Shown here piece after piece: positions 1 to 12,305 of a stretch of DNA of 64,000 nucleotides (within the stretch, counting starts at the first letter, position 1; every line of letters begins with the position of its first letter). The notes under the pieces were generated by a model that had not been told where the DNA came from, ran no database searches, and saw only the letters and a list, made by a program, of their open reading frames with translations. A program made the position numbers and the translations under genes. The stretch comes from Hydrolagus colliei (Eukaryota), in assembly GCA_035084275.1 (NCBI GenBank), contig CM068745.1:41602001-41666000 (forward strand). The letters are read 5' to 3'.

Positions 1-308
1 AGTCATTGGGGCCAGGGATTCTTACCATTTGACTTCACCCTGCAAGCCCAAATGCAAATGGGTGGTCCTCAGTGATTAAGCAGGGGGAAGCATTACCAGA
101 CAATGTTATCAATGGCAAGTTGCATGGTATTAGCTGGTTAAACTTCAGCAGTATCCCCAATTCATAAACTGGCATCCCAAAACCTTGCCTAGTCATGTAC
201 CTTGTGCTTTCTGGGATTAAATGAGTGAGATGCATCCACTGTGGAGAGAGAATGCTCACTCCACAAAAGAAGAACGGAAAATTCCTTACAAGTGTGAAAT
301 TCTTGGTA

Positions 309-976
309 CAGTAAAAACCCGTTTATCCAGCACTCAGAATTTGTCAAGCACTTTGAAACTATATCAAGGAGACACAAAGTTAGGAAAAATAATAAATAGT
401 GAGGAGGATAGTAGCCATGTGCAAGAAGATATAGACATATAGACTGGCCAATGCCGATTAAACTGCATGCCGGATATTTGGGCGGCCAGCTGCCAAAAAC
501 CCAACACCAAAAACGTTAACTTTAAAAATAGTAATTCACATTTTTTAAACATACCATATTAATAATACATTAAATAATAACCAAATATTGTATGGATACT
601 TACCAATAAAGCAATAAATATCTATTACAGTCTATAAAAACAGCACACAATTACAAAGCAAACCTACAATGGCGGATGGAAGAGTTTGTTTTACTTCTTA
701 AAGGGGTACACACACACTCAATCTGGCATCTCAATGGCTCCAAACCCAACCCCCTTCCCTCCTCTCATTTTCCATCTAAATTAATCAACTCACCTCCTCT
801 CTCTCTCCCCCACCTCTCTCTCCCCCTTCCACTCTCCTGCGACAATCGACTCATTGAATGCGCCACCGCGATTGCGCCAGATAAAATCTGGTTATTCGAA
901 TGGGGATCTTATTTTTGAGGTGCCGGTTATATGGAAGCTACGGTTGATTGGGTCACGGATAAACAGGCTTTTACTG
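309..976 (-). mobile_element. Tc1/mariner (Tigger/pogo-like) non-autonomous element
   Basis: TA|CAGTAAAAACCCGTTTATCC ... GGATAAACAGGCTTTTACTG|TA; interior is the reverse complement of the 9201, 23784 and 30861 copies. Confidence 0.85.
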
Positions 977-1304
977 TAGTTTGATGTGGAGATTCTTAAA
1001 TATGCTGATGGGTATCCATAACTCCCTACTAACCACAAAAATGTTTTTAAAAAATGTAAAGCCTCTGTCTATATCCACATTCAATTTCTAGTGAAAAGTG
1101 AAAAAGCACAATTAAGTCAGTTTCTCTCTATTCATGCATTTTTTTTAATACCCACCGGGTACCAACTTAGTGAATCTCCGCTGCACATTTCTATACCTAA
1201 GGCATCCTAGCTATAATGGAGCCCATTAAAATAATGTTTACTTAATGTTGTCAAATATGGTATTTGAGCCCAATGCATGTGGCTTCCTTGACCCCTCTTA
1301 GATT

Positions 1305-1585
1305 ACAACAACAACAACTACTTTGATTTATATAGCGCCCTCCACACCAGACGGCGTCTCAGAGCGCTTCACAATAACAGATCCTGGGCCCGAGCGGGGG
1401 AAAAAGATGACCGTAGGCGCGGTCGTACAGAAAGGTTTTTAGCCGAGACCTGAAACTAGGAAGAGAGGGAGCAAGGCGAAGGGAATGAGGAAGGGAGTTC
1501 CAGAGCTTCAGGGCATAGTGGCTGAAGGCATGGTAGAGAGGAGGATTCGGGGGACAAGGAGTAGACCAGAACCGGAGGAGCTCAC
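1305..1585 (-). mobile_element. L2 3' end fragment
   Basis: (CAA)n tail then atttatatagcgccctccacaccagacggcgtctcagagcgcttcac, the reverse complement of the tails at 7.65-7.71 kb and 45.65-45.71 kb. Confidence 0.75.
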
Positions 1586-2692
1586 CTGTTTAATTCAAAG
1601 TTCCAAAAAACTGGAATTCAAAATACAAAACATAGGCAATTTCTAGTTTCTTATTTGTTATGAGAAGCAATTAGACTTCTTGTACGTCAGTAAAAATATT
1701 CTTAAATATTCCCTTCTATTTTTGTGGTGTCTATTTGCATTGAATGTCCCTGTACTTTAAAAATGGGGCAAAATTGCATGTCCACTTTAAAAAAGCTATA
1801 ACATAATCAGTCCAAAAGATAAACTTTGGATAAAAAAAACTTAGGTTGCATGTTTGGATTGTCGGTCTCCTATCTAATGCTGTATTATTGACATTATGTA
1901 AACTTAGCTTTTCATTTTTATTCCTATCTTAAGTGTCCGCAGATGCAAGTAAATTATATAGAGATCTTTTTGCACAATCAGTATTTCATTATTTTAAAAC
2001 ATGTATTTTATTTGGAATTGCTGGGCAGATATTCCTGTTACTGCAGTCTTCCTTAACAGCTTAACAAGAGAAGAGTTTAATTTTTTACTTGGAGGGTCAC
2101 TGAAAAATCCTTCAAATTTGATTGTTTCTCAGCTACACAGCTAATTAAACTGGGGATGATTAACCTGACTTGCAGTGTCGCTCTTGATTCAGTATTACGT
2201 GGACTGTGTGTAGATTGCAGCATGGTACACTGATGTGCATTGTGTCTGGTTTTCAAACTGCAGACTGACCCAATATCTCTTGGGAGTATTGATAGAGTAG
2301 AGCAGCACATGGAAAAAAAGAGAAGGGGGATGGGGATCAATACCAGTCCCAAGGAGCACTGAAGCCATTTTTCAGGAATACTGTATCAGTAGAAGCGAGA
2401 GGAAAATTTCAACAAAAGATCTACAACTGGATCTGATGAAACTGAGGGAAATGGTCCTTGTCTCGGAAATCAACACTTGGCTTATTAAAATGCACAGCAG
2501 GTAGACGCCAGCTAAACATGTGGTATGTCGCAACTAAAATTGAAATGGCTGTGGGAAGTGGTGTGTAATGTCTTTGTGATCAGACTTAGAGTTCACCTGA
2601 GTGTGTCTAGCAGGTGGCTTTGCTAAGAATAAGAGTACTTGCTTTAGTTAAAAGATACGTACTGTATATAAACAGATGTTTATTTTTTGTAG

Positions 2693-2802
2693 CCTAGTAC
2701 TGGATAATCTGTGGATTTGTGCCAAGCTAGAAAGACAGATATTTAACACTTGTTCCAGTGATCAGTGCTAAGCAGTGTATGTATCTGCTGCACAGCCATG
2801 AT
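2693..2802 (+). other. Candidate non-coding 5'UTR exon in unique, CNE-like sequence
   Basis: Acceptor tttattttttgtag ends at 2692, donor GTAAGA at 2803; lies in a repeat-free block of about 2000-3000. Splice-signal evidence only. Confidence 0.25.
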
Positions 2803-4270
2803 GTAAGATGATAGCTGTCTGTATTGAATTCTTTCTGTGGTGACCTGCGTACAACGTACATACATAAAAAGCTCTTTGACCAAGAGTACACTGGGTCTTT
2901 CATCTTCAGCTAAACTACTTGGCTCTTAGCTCGACATTCTGCAGTATTAAATATCAGATGACTTTTTAACTTGGACTTGTTTATATAAAAGTATTTTTTT
3001 TAAAGATTTTGTAAGAGGAAATGAATATGTTGTGTCTCAGTTTATATTAAAAAAAACACAGTACAGAGAATGACCAGAAAATATTTTGTAAAATCTTTAA
3101 ATTCATAATTTTAGTGAGAGGAGTGTTGTATTTTGCCGTGTGTGTGCATGTGTGTGTGTGTAAAATGGGCGTTATTGATGGCCTTGATATCTCATTCACT
3201 TGTGTGGGTAAAACTAAAACTAATAAAATAATTTGACTTGGAAACAACAACAAAATTACACTGTGTAGTGCCTTTCACTCAGGAGGACATCCAAGGCGCT
3301 GGACAGTCAATACTTCACAAAAAGGGTTTGTGTTTAAAATAAAGTCCATCCTTGTTTTAGCAACAAGGTTTAATTGTTATAAAAACATTACCTTTGTAGT
3401 CTTCTTGGTATTCCATAGACCGATAGTATATCAACTTTATTTTTTCAATATTTTTAACAACGCTTTTCAAAGAACTTTACAGTGTATATTTAACATTTAT
3501 GCAAGCTTTATGTGAATGCACTGAATATTGAATAACTTTTTTTTCTTTGTTTTCTAGTTTGTATTCTTTTTCAATTAAGTATATTTTCAAAACCCTAAAT
3601 ACTGTTTTGTAGTTACAGTAATATAGGAAGTACATGTTTTAGATAGCCCAGAGTTGTGCATGAGGAAATGGTTGCTTGTATTACATTTTTCTAGGATTTC
3701 TGAGCAATGAATTCTCATTTCAGATAAATGGAATCAAAAATGTCAAAATTAATGTTTAAAGAAAGCATGATTAACAGGTTTCTGCATAATTTAAATATCT
3801 TGTTTCACTTCAATATTTTATAGTTGACATAACCTTACTATACAAAATGTCAACAGTAGTCAGATTAAAATAAAACTTTTTGAAGTGATTATAGTCCATC
3901 TTGTTTGTTTTATGTTGATCCATCTTTAATTTATTACAACTAATAATATAATTTGCATGACTAGTTCTCTATTTTAAAAATTAATGATTGATTTCAGAGA
4001 AAGTTATTTAAGAATGATAGGCCATTTACACACACATGTTATTTAATTCAATGAAGGTGGATCTAAAATGAAAATGGATCTGATTGTCTAGTGTGACCCA
4101 AATTAGATGTACACCTTAGATTATGAGTATGATTTAGTCATCATTAATAATGACAAAACATATTATTTTCAGAATATAATTTTATTTCAGAATTTCCAAA
4201 CATTGAATGCTATAGAGAACCATGCTAATTGGGACCGACCCTTTAGTGGCTGTGGAAACAGTATGAATGT

Positions 4271-4840
4271 AACAACAACAACAAAATTACACTTGTCTAG
4301 TGTCTTTCATGTCAGGAGAATGTTCCTAAGGAGCTGGATAGTCAGTATTTCAGACCGACGCTGGGATCGGGAATGGGGAGGGTAAAAGGGATTTGGGGTG
4401 ACCGATGGGACTGAGGGTCTTGAGGCCTTGAGGGGTGAGGCAGAGGGACTGGGATACAATTCCAGAGGTTAGGTGCAGAGTGGCTGAAGGCTGGCCTGCC
4501 GATGGTGGGGCGGGTGGGTCAGGGGACATGGAGCAGACCAGAGCCTGCTGAGTGGAAGAGGCAGGCAGGTTGGTAGGGGATTAGTAGGTTGCAGAGGTAG
4601 AGTGAGGCAAGGCCACGGAGGGCTTTGAAGGTGAGGACCAGGATCTTGAATTCAATCCTCTGGATGATGGGGAACCAGGGGAGTCGGGTGAGAATGGGGG
4701 AGATGTTGTCATGAAGCTTGGAGGAGTAAAGGATATGGGCCGCAAAGTTTTGGATTACCTGCAGCCTATGGAGGGAGGAATTGGGAAGGCTGACAAGCAG
4801 GGCATTGGCATAGCCAAGCCTGGATGTGATGAAGGCATCA
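4271..4840 (-). mobile_element. L2 3' fragment
   Basis: (AAC)n tail; ggatcttgaattcaatcctctgg and surroundings are collinear with the 29.7-30.4 kb L2. Confidence 0.78.
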
Positions 4841-5793
4841 AATGAAGTGAGAACCCCATTGACACAATGCCATAGTGGTCAGTCAACATGCAAAAATGTC
4901 ACTTCCTGAAAAATTACGATCGCTGATCTCTATGTGCATGCGTACCAGTTTCTGTAACTAAAAATCAGTGGATTCTAGGTAATCAGATTGCTGTTGATGT
5001 CACTTGCTGCTCGCAAGCGCTTCCTGCCCATATCACTCATGTGCAGCACATAGAAACTGACTTTTAGCAACAACCTGGAAAATGGCCACTTTTAGCAACC
5101 AGAAAGAAAGTTGGCAGGTTCGCAGAGCACGTGTTACAAACAAACCCTCCTTATAAGGCGCATCTTATAATGGGTCCTATTATACAATGTACAAAACTAA
5201 TTAAATATTTCTTGCACTAGGAGCTACCCTCCTAAATGCCATCTCTTCTTTATCCCCAAAACATGAACTGTCTCTTCCAACACTCAATGCCGGCTCGTCG
5301 CTGTCCCTCACAGAGTACTCGTTTTCTTTCTTCACATATAGAATGTTGTTCTATCTTGCCCCACAGTGACATCATTTCTCTATCCTCACCACACAATACC
5401 GTCACACACAATGCTATCCCTTTTCTACCTCCCGTTCACAATGGTTGCAGCCCTTTTCCCTCCATGTTAAACCCTATGCATTGCCTGTATCAAATAATAT
5501 TTTCCAACTTGCTTGGATTTCCAGTCCATCTCTGTAAGGCGCATGTCTTGAATAAAATAAACTGTAAATTCAACTTATTATTCCAACAGAAATAACAATA
5601 ATCCTTGCATTTGGTATTCAACTTTTCATGTTGGGAGGACATCTCAAAATGCTTCACAAGAGATATGTATTGTGAAGTGACTGTTTTGGGCAAATGCAAC
5701 AAGCCAAGTTGCACAAAGCACTGATCAGTGAACAGAAATGAACAACAACAAAATTACATTTGTGGAGCGCCTTTCACGTCAGGAGGATGTTAG

Positions 5794-6149
5794 TAATAAT
5801 AATAATAATCCTTGCCTTTGATATAGCGCTTTCCACATCTTATCAATGTCCCAAAGCGCTTCACAGAATATACTGTAAGGTGAATTGACTGTATATATTT
5901 GTGGGCGAATTGCGGCAGCCAGTTGCGCATAGCAGTGTCCCACACACAGTCGTGCATTGAAATGACCAATTTTATTATTGTGGTTTTTTTTGGAGGGATT
6001 ATTATTAGGCGTGTGGAGTAAGGAAACTTGCCCAAGGTTTCGCCCTGACCTGCCTGGATTCGAACACAGGTCTCCCCAGCTTGGTCTCCCCAGCTTGGTC
6101 TCCCCAGCTTGCAAGACAAGTGCTCTAACCACTGAGCCACAGGAGCTCC
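5794..6149 (-). mobile_element. tRNA-derived SINE with a triplicated 14-mer in the head, inserted into L2 sequence
   Basis: Minus strand reads TGGCTCAGTGGTTAGAGC (A box) ... GTTCGAATCC (B box); (TAA)n tail at 5794. Confidence 0.85.
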
Positions 6150-6680
6150 GATTGGTTCAGAGAGGGCGCCAGCCCGTGGAAGGTCCTTGAAAGTGAGAAC
6201 AAGCATCCTGAATTCTATCCTCTGAGGGCTTAGGAGCTAGGTGAGGGTGGGGGTGATGGGGTCACAGAGCCTGGTATGGGAGAGGACACAAGCTGCAGAG
6301 TTTTGGATGATCTGTAGCTTGTGGAGGGACGAGATGGGGAGGCCGACAAGGAGGGAGTTCCCATAGTCAAGCCTTTAGGTGCCAAATGCGTGTGTGAGGG
6401 TTTCGACGGCCTGAGGGGTGAGGAGGTGGCAGAGTTGGGCAATTTTTGCGGTGGTGGTGGAAGGCAGTGCTGGTCATGGTACAGATACAGGGCAGTTGAG
6501 GGTCGAAGAAGAAGCCCAGATTCCTGACTGAGATAAAGGTGTGTATCATCCACATACATACGGAAATTTATCCCATGTCTGCGGATGATGTCACCAAGGG
6601 GGAGCATGTACAGGTTGAATAGGAGGGGACTGAGGACATAGCCTTGAGGAACTTCGCACAAGATGGTGTGTGGGTTGGAA
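6150..6680 (-). mobile_element. L2 RT fragment (associated tail at about 5741-5790)
   Basis: ORF 6230..6661 (-) CEVPQGYVLSPLLFNLYMLPLGDIIRRHGINFRMYVDDTHLY is a degenerate RT core. Confidence 0.82.
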
Positions 6681-6789
6681 TAGAAACTGTTAGGGTTTGG
6701 GAATGACCAATGTTTGGAGGAGATTGTTGGTCATTCTCTTTCTACAACAACAAACAACAAATTGCACTTATAGAGCGCCTTTCATGTCG

Positions 6790-7170
6790 GGAGGACGTCT
6801 AAATAGTTGATGGAATCTTTAAGGTCCACATGAACAAATACCCAGGTCCTCGGGTTAATATCTCATCTGAAGGACAATACTAGTAGTATTAATAATAATC
6901 CTTGTAGGGTCTGCAATGCACAAAATCTCAAAGCTCTTCACAGGGAAGAGCTGTTGAGTACAGTGACTGTTACTTGTAGGCAACCATGGCAGCCAATTTG
7001 TACACAATAATATCGCAAAATCAGCCTTCTCTCTTCAAATAGATAGCAGAATCTTTTATGTCCACCTGAACAGGTTGCAGGATCCACAGTTTAACATCTC
7101 ATCCAAAGGAAGCACTTCCAATAATGCAGTTGTTCCTGTTGTACTGTGCTAAAATATCAGTCTAGACCGA
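6790..7170 (-). mobile_element. Deu-domain SINE remnants (SacSINE1/AmnSINE1-like), two partial copies
   Basis: gaatcttttatgtccacctgaacag...cagtttaacatctcatccaaaggaagcacttccaataatgcag...gtactgtgctaaaatatcagtctaga resembles the reverse complement of the recalled Deu domain. Confidence 0.6.
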
Positions 7171-7535
7171 GTTCAAAGTTCCAACATTGAGTTTGAATTC
7201 ACAACATTGCGACCCAGAAACAAGAATGTTTCTACCGAGCTAAGCTGACAGAAATCTAGGAATCTTAAAAATCTTGGTGCCACTTTAAATTCACGTATAC
7301 AAAAACTCTTTCCATTGGTTGAAGTGTGCATGCAATGAAAAGATTCATTTTCCAGTTTCAGCTGAAGTTGAGCAGGCATGCGAATATCTGGCGAAGCGAA
7401 ATGCACTTATGTCTGCATGTCATTTGGCATTTAATTCATCAGTAAACTAAGCAATGTAATGCTATAGACATTTAATGATTCAAATGATGCAAGAATTCAT
7501 AAATACTCATAAAGAAATGATGAATATATATTTTC

Positions 7536-7790
7536 ACCTCGCTCCCACTCTTCTCAGCTTCAGGTCCCAGCTGAAGACCTTTATTTTCGACCGTGCCTTT
7601 TGTCACCTTCCTCCCCCTGCCCCTGGCTTGGTCCCGGGATCTGCAATCGTGAAGTGCTCTGAGATGTTGTCCGGGGAAGAGGGCGCTATATAAATCAAAG
7701 TTGTTGTTGTTGTTTCATATCTGAAACATTTTTGAAGATTTACTCCCGACGTGAAAGGCGCTCTATAAATGTAATTTGTTGTTGTTGTTG
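7536..7790 (+). mobile_element. Two tandem L2 3' ends
   Basis: SFRSQLKTFIFDRAF end of ORF2, then gggcgctatataaatcaaagttgttgttgttg and a second tail cgtgaaaggcgctctataaatgtaatttgttgttg. Confidence 0.72.
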
Positions 7791-7846
7791 AAATAAACCT
7801 GAGGCAACGTGGTCTAAAAAAGGACAGTTGTCCCCAAATTAGATTA

Positions 7847-8726
7847 CCGTAAATACCCGCGTATAAGGTGCACTTTTATTCACGTCGGAAGATCTTGAAA
7901 GTTGGGGGTGCGCCCTATACGCAGGTACAAGAAATTTTGAGTCTCGGAAATACGGTAAACAGGAGGGGCGGCCGGCGTGCTGTCAGCCGGCCTTTGGTCA
8001 CTGTTCGGCGGGGGTTGGGGGGGAGTAGGTGATGGGGCTTCGGCCTCGGCCGCCCGGGCAGCGGCAGCAGCAGCGGACTTCAGTGCTGTGCCTGCTGCCT
8101 GCCTTCTGCCTNNNNNNNNNNNNNNNNNNNNNNNNNNNNNNNNNNNNNNNNNNNNNNNNNNNNNNNNNNNNNNNNNNNNNNNNNNNNNNNNNNNNNNNNN
8201 NNNNNNNNNNNNNNNNNNNNNNNNNNNNNNNNNNNNNNNNNNNGCCTGCCTGCCTCTCTCTCCCTGCCTGCCTGCCTCTCTCTCCCTGCCTGCCTGCCTC
8301 TCTCTCCCTGCCTGCCTGCCTCTCTCTNNNNNNNNNNNNNNNNNNNNNNNNNNNNNNNNNNNNNNNNNNNNNNNNNNNNNNNNNNNNNNNNNNNNNNNNN
8401 NNNNNNNNNNNNNNNNNNNNNNNNNNNNNNNNNNNNNNNNNNNNNNNNNNNNNNNNNNNNNNNNNNNNNNNNNNNNNNNNNNNNNNNNNNNNNNNNNNNN
8501 NNNNNNNNNNNNNNNNNNNNNNNNNNNNNNNNNNNNNNNNNNNNNNNNNNNNNNNNNNNNNNNNNNNNNNNNNNNNNNNNNNNNNNNNNNNNNNNNNNNN
8601 NNNTGCCTCCCTCCCTTCTGCCAGCAATATCATCGAAAATGCTTCTGTTTTTTTTACCAAGAAAAAAGGTCAAAAGTGGGGGGTGCGCCTTATACACGAG
8701 TGTGCCTTATATGCGGGTATTTACGG
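7847..8726. mobile_element. Tc1/mariner (Tc2-like, CCGTA termini) non-autonomous element with internal minisatellite and N runs
   Basis: TA|CCGTAAATACCCGCGTATAAGG ... CCTTATATGCGGGTATTTACGG|TA (about 27-bp imperfect TIR). Confidence 0.82.
8244..8327. repeat. 22-bp minisatellite (GCCTGCCTGCCTCTCTCTCCCT)n between N runs 8112-8243 and 8328-8603
   Basis: About four tandem units read directly; the flanking Ns hide the true array length. Confidence 0.85.
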
Positions 8727-9200
8727 TAAGTTACAAATTAAAATACTTTGGATCTTTAAAATCTGATTTTACATTATGACACATTATGGTATATTAATGG
8801 CTACAAAATTGTCAATCCACTTTACCATATATCCTGTGAAGCGCTTTGAGACATCTCAACCATGTGATAGGGCGCTATATCAAATGCAAGGTTTAGTATT
8901 ATAATTATCAAATTGCTACTGAAGTCACAAAAATGCATTGAGGGATTTGAACAAGAAACTGGCTGGTCAATGATGACTGGTTCATTCACGAGTATTTGCA
9001 GAGGTTGCTAGGATTCTGCTGACACCAGTTGGTCTTCTATGACTACTAGCCACTCGATTGCCTCGACCAAAACCCCTCTCCACTACAAACTTGTAAAAAT
9101 ATAGTATGCTAGGCCCCGGGCCGCCACGAGATGTTTGCTTGCAGCTGTTTGCCCAGTGCTTTGGGACGTCCCCCTGACGTGAAAGGCGCTATTCAAGGTA

Positions 9201-10022
9201 CAGTAAAAGCCCATTGATCCATGACCCAATCAACCGTAACTTACGTAAAACCGGCACCTCAAAAAAAAGGTCCCCATTCGATTCACCGGATCTTATCCGG
9301 CACAATCGTTGTGGGCGCATTTAATGAGTCGATTGTTGCACTAGAGTAGAGTACGATTAGTTCTGAATGCTGTCACTAGTGCACTTCCGGTCTTCTTAAA
9401 GGGACATTGTTTTTTTCTCTCCTGTTTCTTTCTCTCTCTCCCCCTCTCCTTCCTTCCTCTCTATTTCTCCCTCTTCTTTCCCTTTCTTTCTTTGCCTCTC
9501 TCTCTGATGGAAACTATGTATTGTCTGTGTAGCCTGATGGTATTGTGGGCTTATACACTGTTTTGGTGGGGGAGGGGGGGGAGAAGAAGAGAGGAAGAGA
9601 GAGGAAAGGGGGGGTGGAGAAAGAGTGGAGGGGTGTTGGGTTTGGAGTCATTGAGATGGCAGACTGATTGAGTGTGTGTATGAAAGAGAGAGAGAGGGAC
9701 GGAGAGAGAAAGATAGAAAAAAGAGGAAAAACTGACAGTGCCTGCCCCTTTAAGAAATAAAAAACTCTTCTGTCCACCATTGTAGAAGTTTACTTTGTGA
9801 TTGTGTGCTGTGTTTATAGACTATAATTGATATTTGTTGCTTTATTGGTAAGTATCCATACAATATTCTGTTATTATTTAGTCTATTATTAATATGGTAT
9901 GTTTAAAAAAAGTTAATTTTTTTTGTGGTGGGTTTTTGGCAGCTGGCTGCCCGAATATCCAGCACGCGGTTTAACCGGCACTGGCCAGGTCCTGAGGGTG
10001 CTGGATAAACGGGCTTTTACTG
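9201..10022 (+). mobile_element. Tigger/pogo-like non-autonomous element, inserted into an L2 3' tail
   Basis: TA|CAGTAAAAGCCCATTGATCC ... GGATAAACGGGCTTTTACTG|TA; flanks rejoin as the L2 tail aaaggcgctat...gttgtgttgttg. Confidence 0.87.
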
Positions 10023-10738
10023 TAGTTGTGTTGTTGTTGCTACTATTGTGGGCTGAGTCGCAGTCGCGCCTGCACGGCACGGGAGTGTTGGGATCGCAAA
10101 AGCGGCGCAACGTTGCCCACTAGTGAGTGAACCATGATAGTAATAGCAGTTGTGTGAGACTACAGTCATCTTTATGCTCGACACCTGACCTAAACTGAGC
10201 TCCTGCAATAAATTCTTGGTAAGTCCTGTACTATTTGAATTAACATTTCAAATGAACAAAATTTATACTTTAAACATAACTACATTTTCAGTAAGTATAT
10301 ACCTATAAATTTTAATCCGGGTTGTTTCACAAAATGCATCTCAAATGGCACCAATCAACCCTCAGCAATTTTCCGCAAAGTTTGCCAAATGCCCCACAAT
10401 GTTTTGCAAATATTTCCACAATTTTCTGTAGACCCAGTTAGATGTTGACCAGTCATCACCGGAAAACGGAAATTTCCCATCTTCAGTATACTGCAGCTCT
10501 GTACAGCATTTTCATTGTGTATAGACCCACATATGCTGACATGCAGTACAACAGGGTCTGACTGTAATAGGAACCTGCTCTGTTGTTGATATGGAAACAG
10601 TGTAGATAATATGTTATAGTTCTCAATAGATGGAAATGGAGACATTTGACCACAGCAAGAATTCCTGCATAAAACGGACATCAAACTGATGTTTGCATTA
10701 TGTAGATATAAAGTTACTAAACAAAAAATTACAAAGTA

Positions 10739-11902
10739 CAGCAAAAGCCTGTTTATCCGTGACTTGATCAACCGGAACTTTCATATAACCGGTACATTAA
10801 AAAAAAAGTCCCCATCCGATTAACCGGACGTTATCCAGCACAATCGCAGTGGCGCATTTAATGAATCGATTGTCGCACAAGAGTACTGAACAGGTATTTT
10901 GGCTTGCCGCAAGTAGAGCCTTAAAGTTGCGCTGCCGTTTTTCCCTTGTGTGGCGTCCACCATTGTAGAAGTTATCGACCCCAGCATCATGGCTTCAAAC
11001 CAGGCATCTACCAGCAAAGGTGATTTTTAGGTGAATAACAAAGGTCTGTTATTATCTGTTATTATTTAGTCTATTATTAGTATGGTATGTGTTAAAATAA
11101 GTTTTCTTTGTGTGTTGGGTTTTCGGCATCAGATCCGCAGAGCTGCCAACCAGTACGTTTTTGCCGTATTTAGTATGGTAAATTGAAGTAAATACGGCAG
11201 TACGATTTTTCTTGGTAAAATACGTTTTGGGGAAAATCCGAAATGTTCCATGCTCAGTCTGTCTGTCTCTCTCTTTCCCAGTCTCTCCTTCTCTCTGTCT
11301 CTCTCTTTCCCAGTCTCTCTCTGTGTCTCTCTCTCTCTTTCTCTGTGTCTCTTTCCCTCTCTCTGCCTCTCTCTGTCTCTCCCTCTCTCTCTCCGTGTCT
11401 CTTTCCCTCTCTCTCGGTCGCGCTCTCTCTTTCTCTCTCTCTGTGTCTCTGGCTGTCACAATCTCACTCACAATCTCTCTCTGTCTCAGTCTCTTTAACT
11501 CTCTCTCCCTGCCTTCAACAGCAGTGCTACCTACCTTATGCCGTCGCTGATACACTGTAAATGTTAGCACTAGGCTAGGCACAAGGCATTACTGGGAACA
11601 ATTTTTTTCATATACGGAAACACAGTAGGGACTTCCCGCTTAACGCAATTTTTGCTTAACGAGGGGTTTTGAAGTCCCATTTTACTTGGCATCTTTTTGC
11701 GCTGAAATGTTTTTGTTAAGTACTGGTTGGTTCTGGGGAAAATACTTTCTTTTTTATTACAAAATACTGTTTTTAGCTTTCAGGAGTACCTTTTTTGGTT
11801 AAAATAAAAGGTTGGCAGCTCTGGATCCGACCAAATATCTGGCATGCCATTTAACCGGCATTGGCCGGGTCCCGCGGGTGCCGAATAAACGGGCTTTTAC
11901 TG
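10739..11902 (+). mobile_element. Tigger/pogo-like non-autonomous element hosting a nested TIR element
   Basis: TA|CAGCAAAAGCCTGTTTATCC ... GAATAAACGGGCTTTTACTG|TA; interrupted at 11138-11823. Confidence 0.85.
11138..11823. mobile_element. Nested non-autonomous DNA transposon, 14-bp TIR, 6-bp TSD (hAT-related termini)
   Basis: TIR CAGAGCTGCCAACC ... GGTTGGCAGCTCTG; direct repeat GATCCG at 11132-11137 and 11824-11829; internal CT-rich tract about 11255-11510. Confidence 0.8.
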
Positions 11903-12305
11903 TACTACTTATACTGCCTGATACTTGGAGACTTTTGCTGAGTTAGTGTTTTATCAAGCGACCTGGACGCTACCCCGAGTGAAAGGTGCTATATAAATGC
12001 AGGTTGTTGTTGTTTCCCTTTGCTATATAGAATGTTGTGATTTATTTGTTGATCAATGGAAATTCAGCAAAGGTTAGTTGTGCTTAGGTTTCCTTTTGAA
12101 ATAGAGCAAATGTAGTATTTTTAGACTGGTCAGCACTTTTTAGAAGTACAATCTATTATTAAATTGGTTAATATTTAATATTCCTTAACAGCTTCAAAAA
12201 TGCCTAGTAGCTATTTTGGTATTTATTGTTTTGTTTTCAGATTCACTGTTGCAAATTCCAATGGCAGACATAAACTATTGCATTTAAACTGTAACTATTA
12301 TTATT

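Noticed and set aside
7977-8766. ORFs of 205-250 aa containing X runs
   Set aside because: Artefacts of N runs and a minisatellite.
11052-11582. 176-aa RE-rich ORF and the opposite-strand LS-rich ORFs
   Set aside because: Translation of a CT/GA microsatellite inside a nested transposon.
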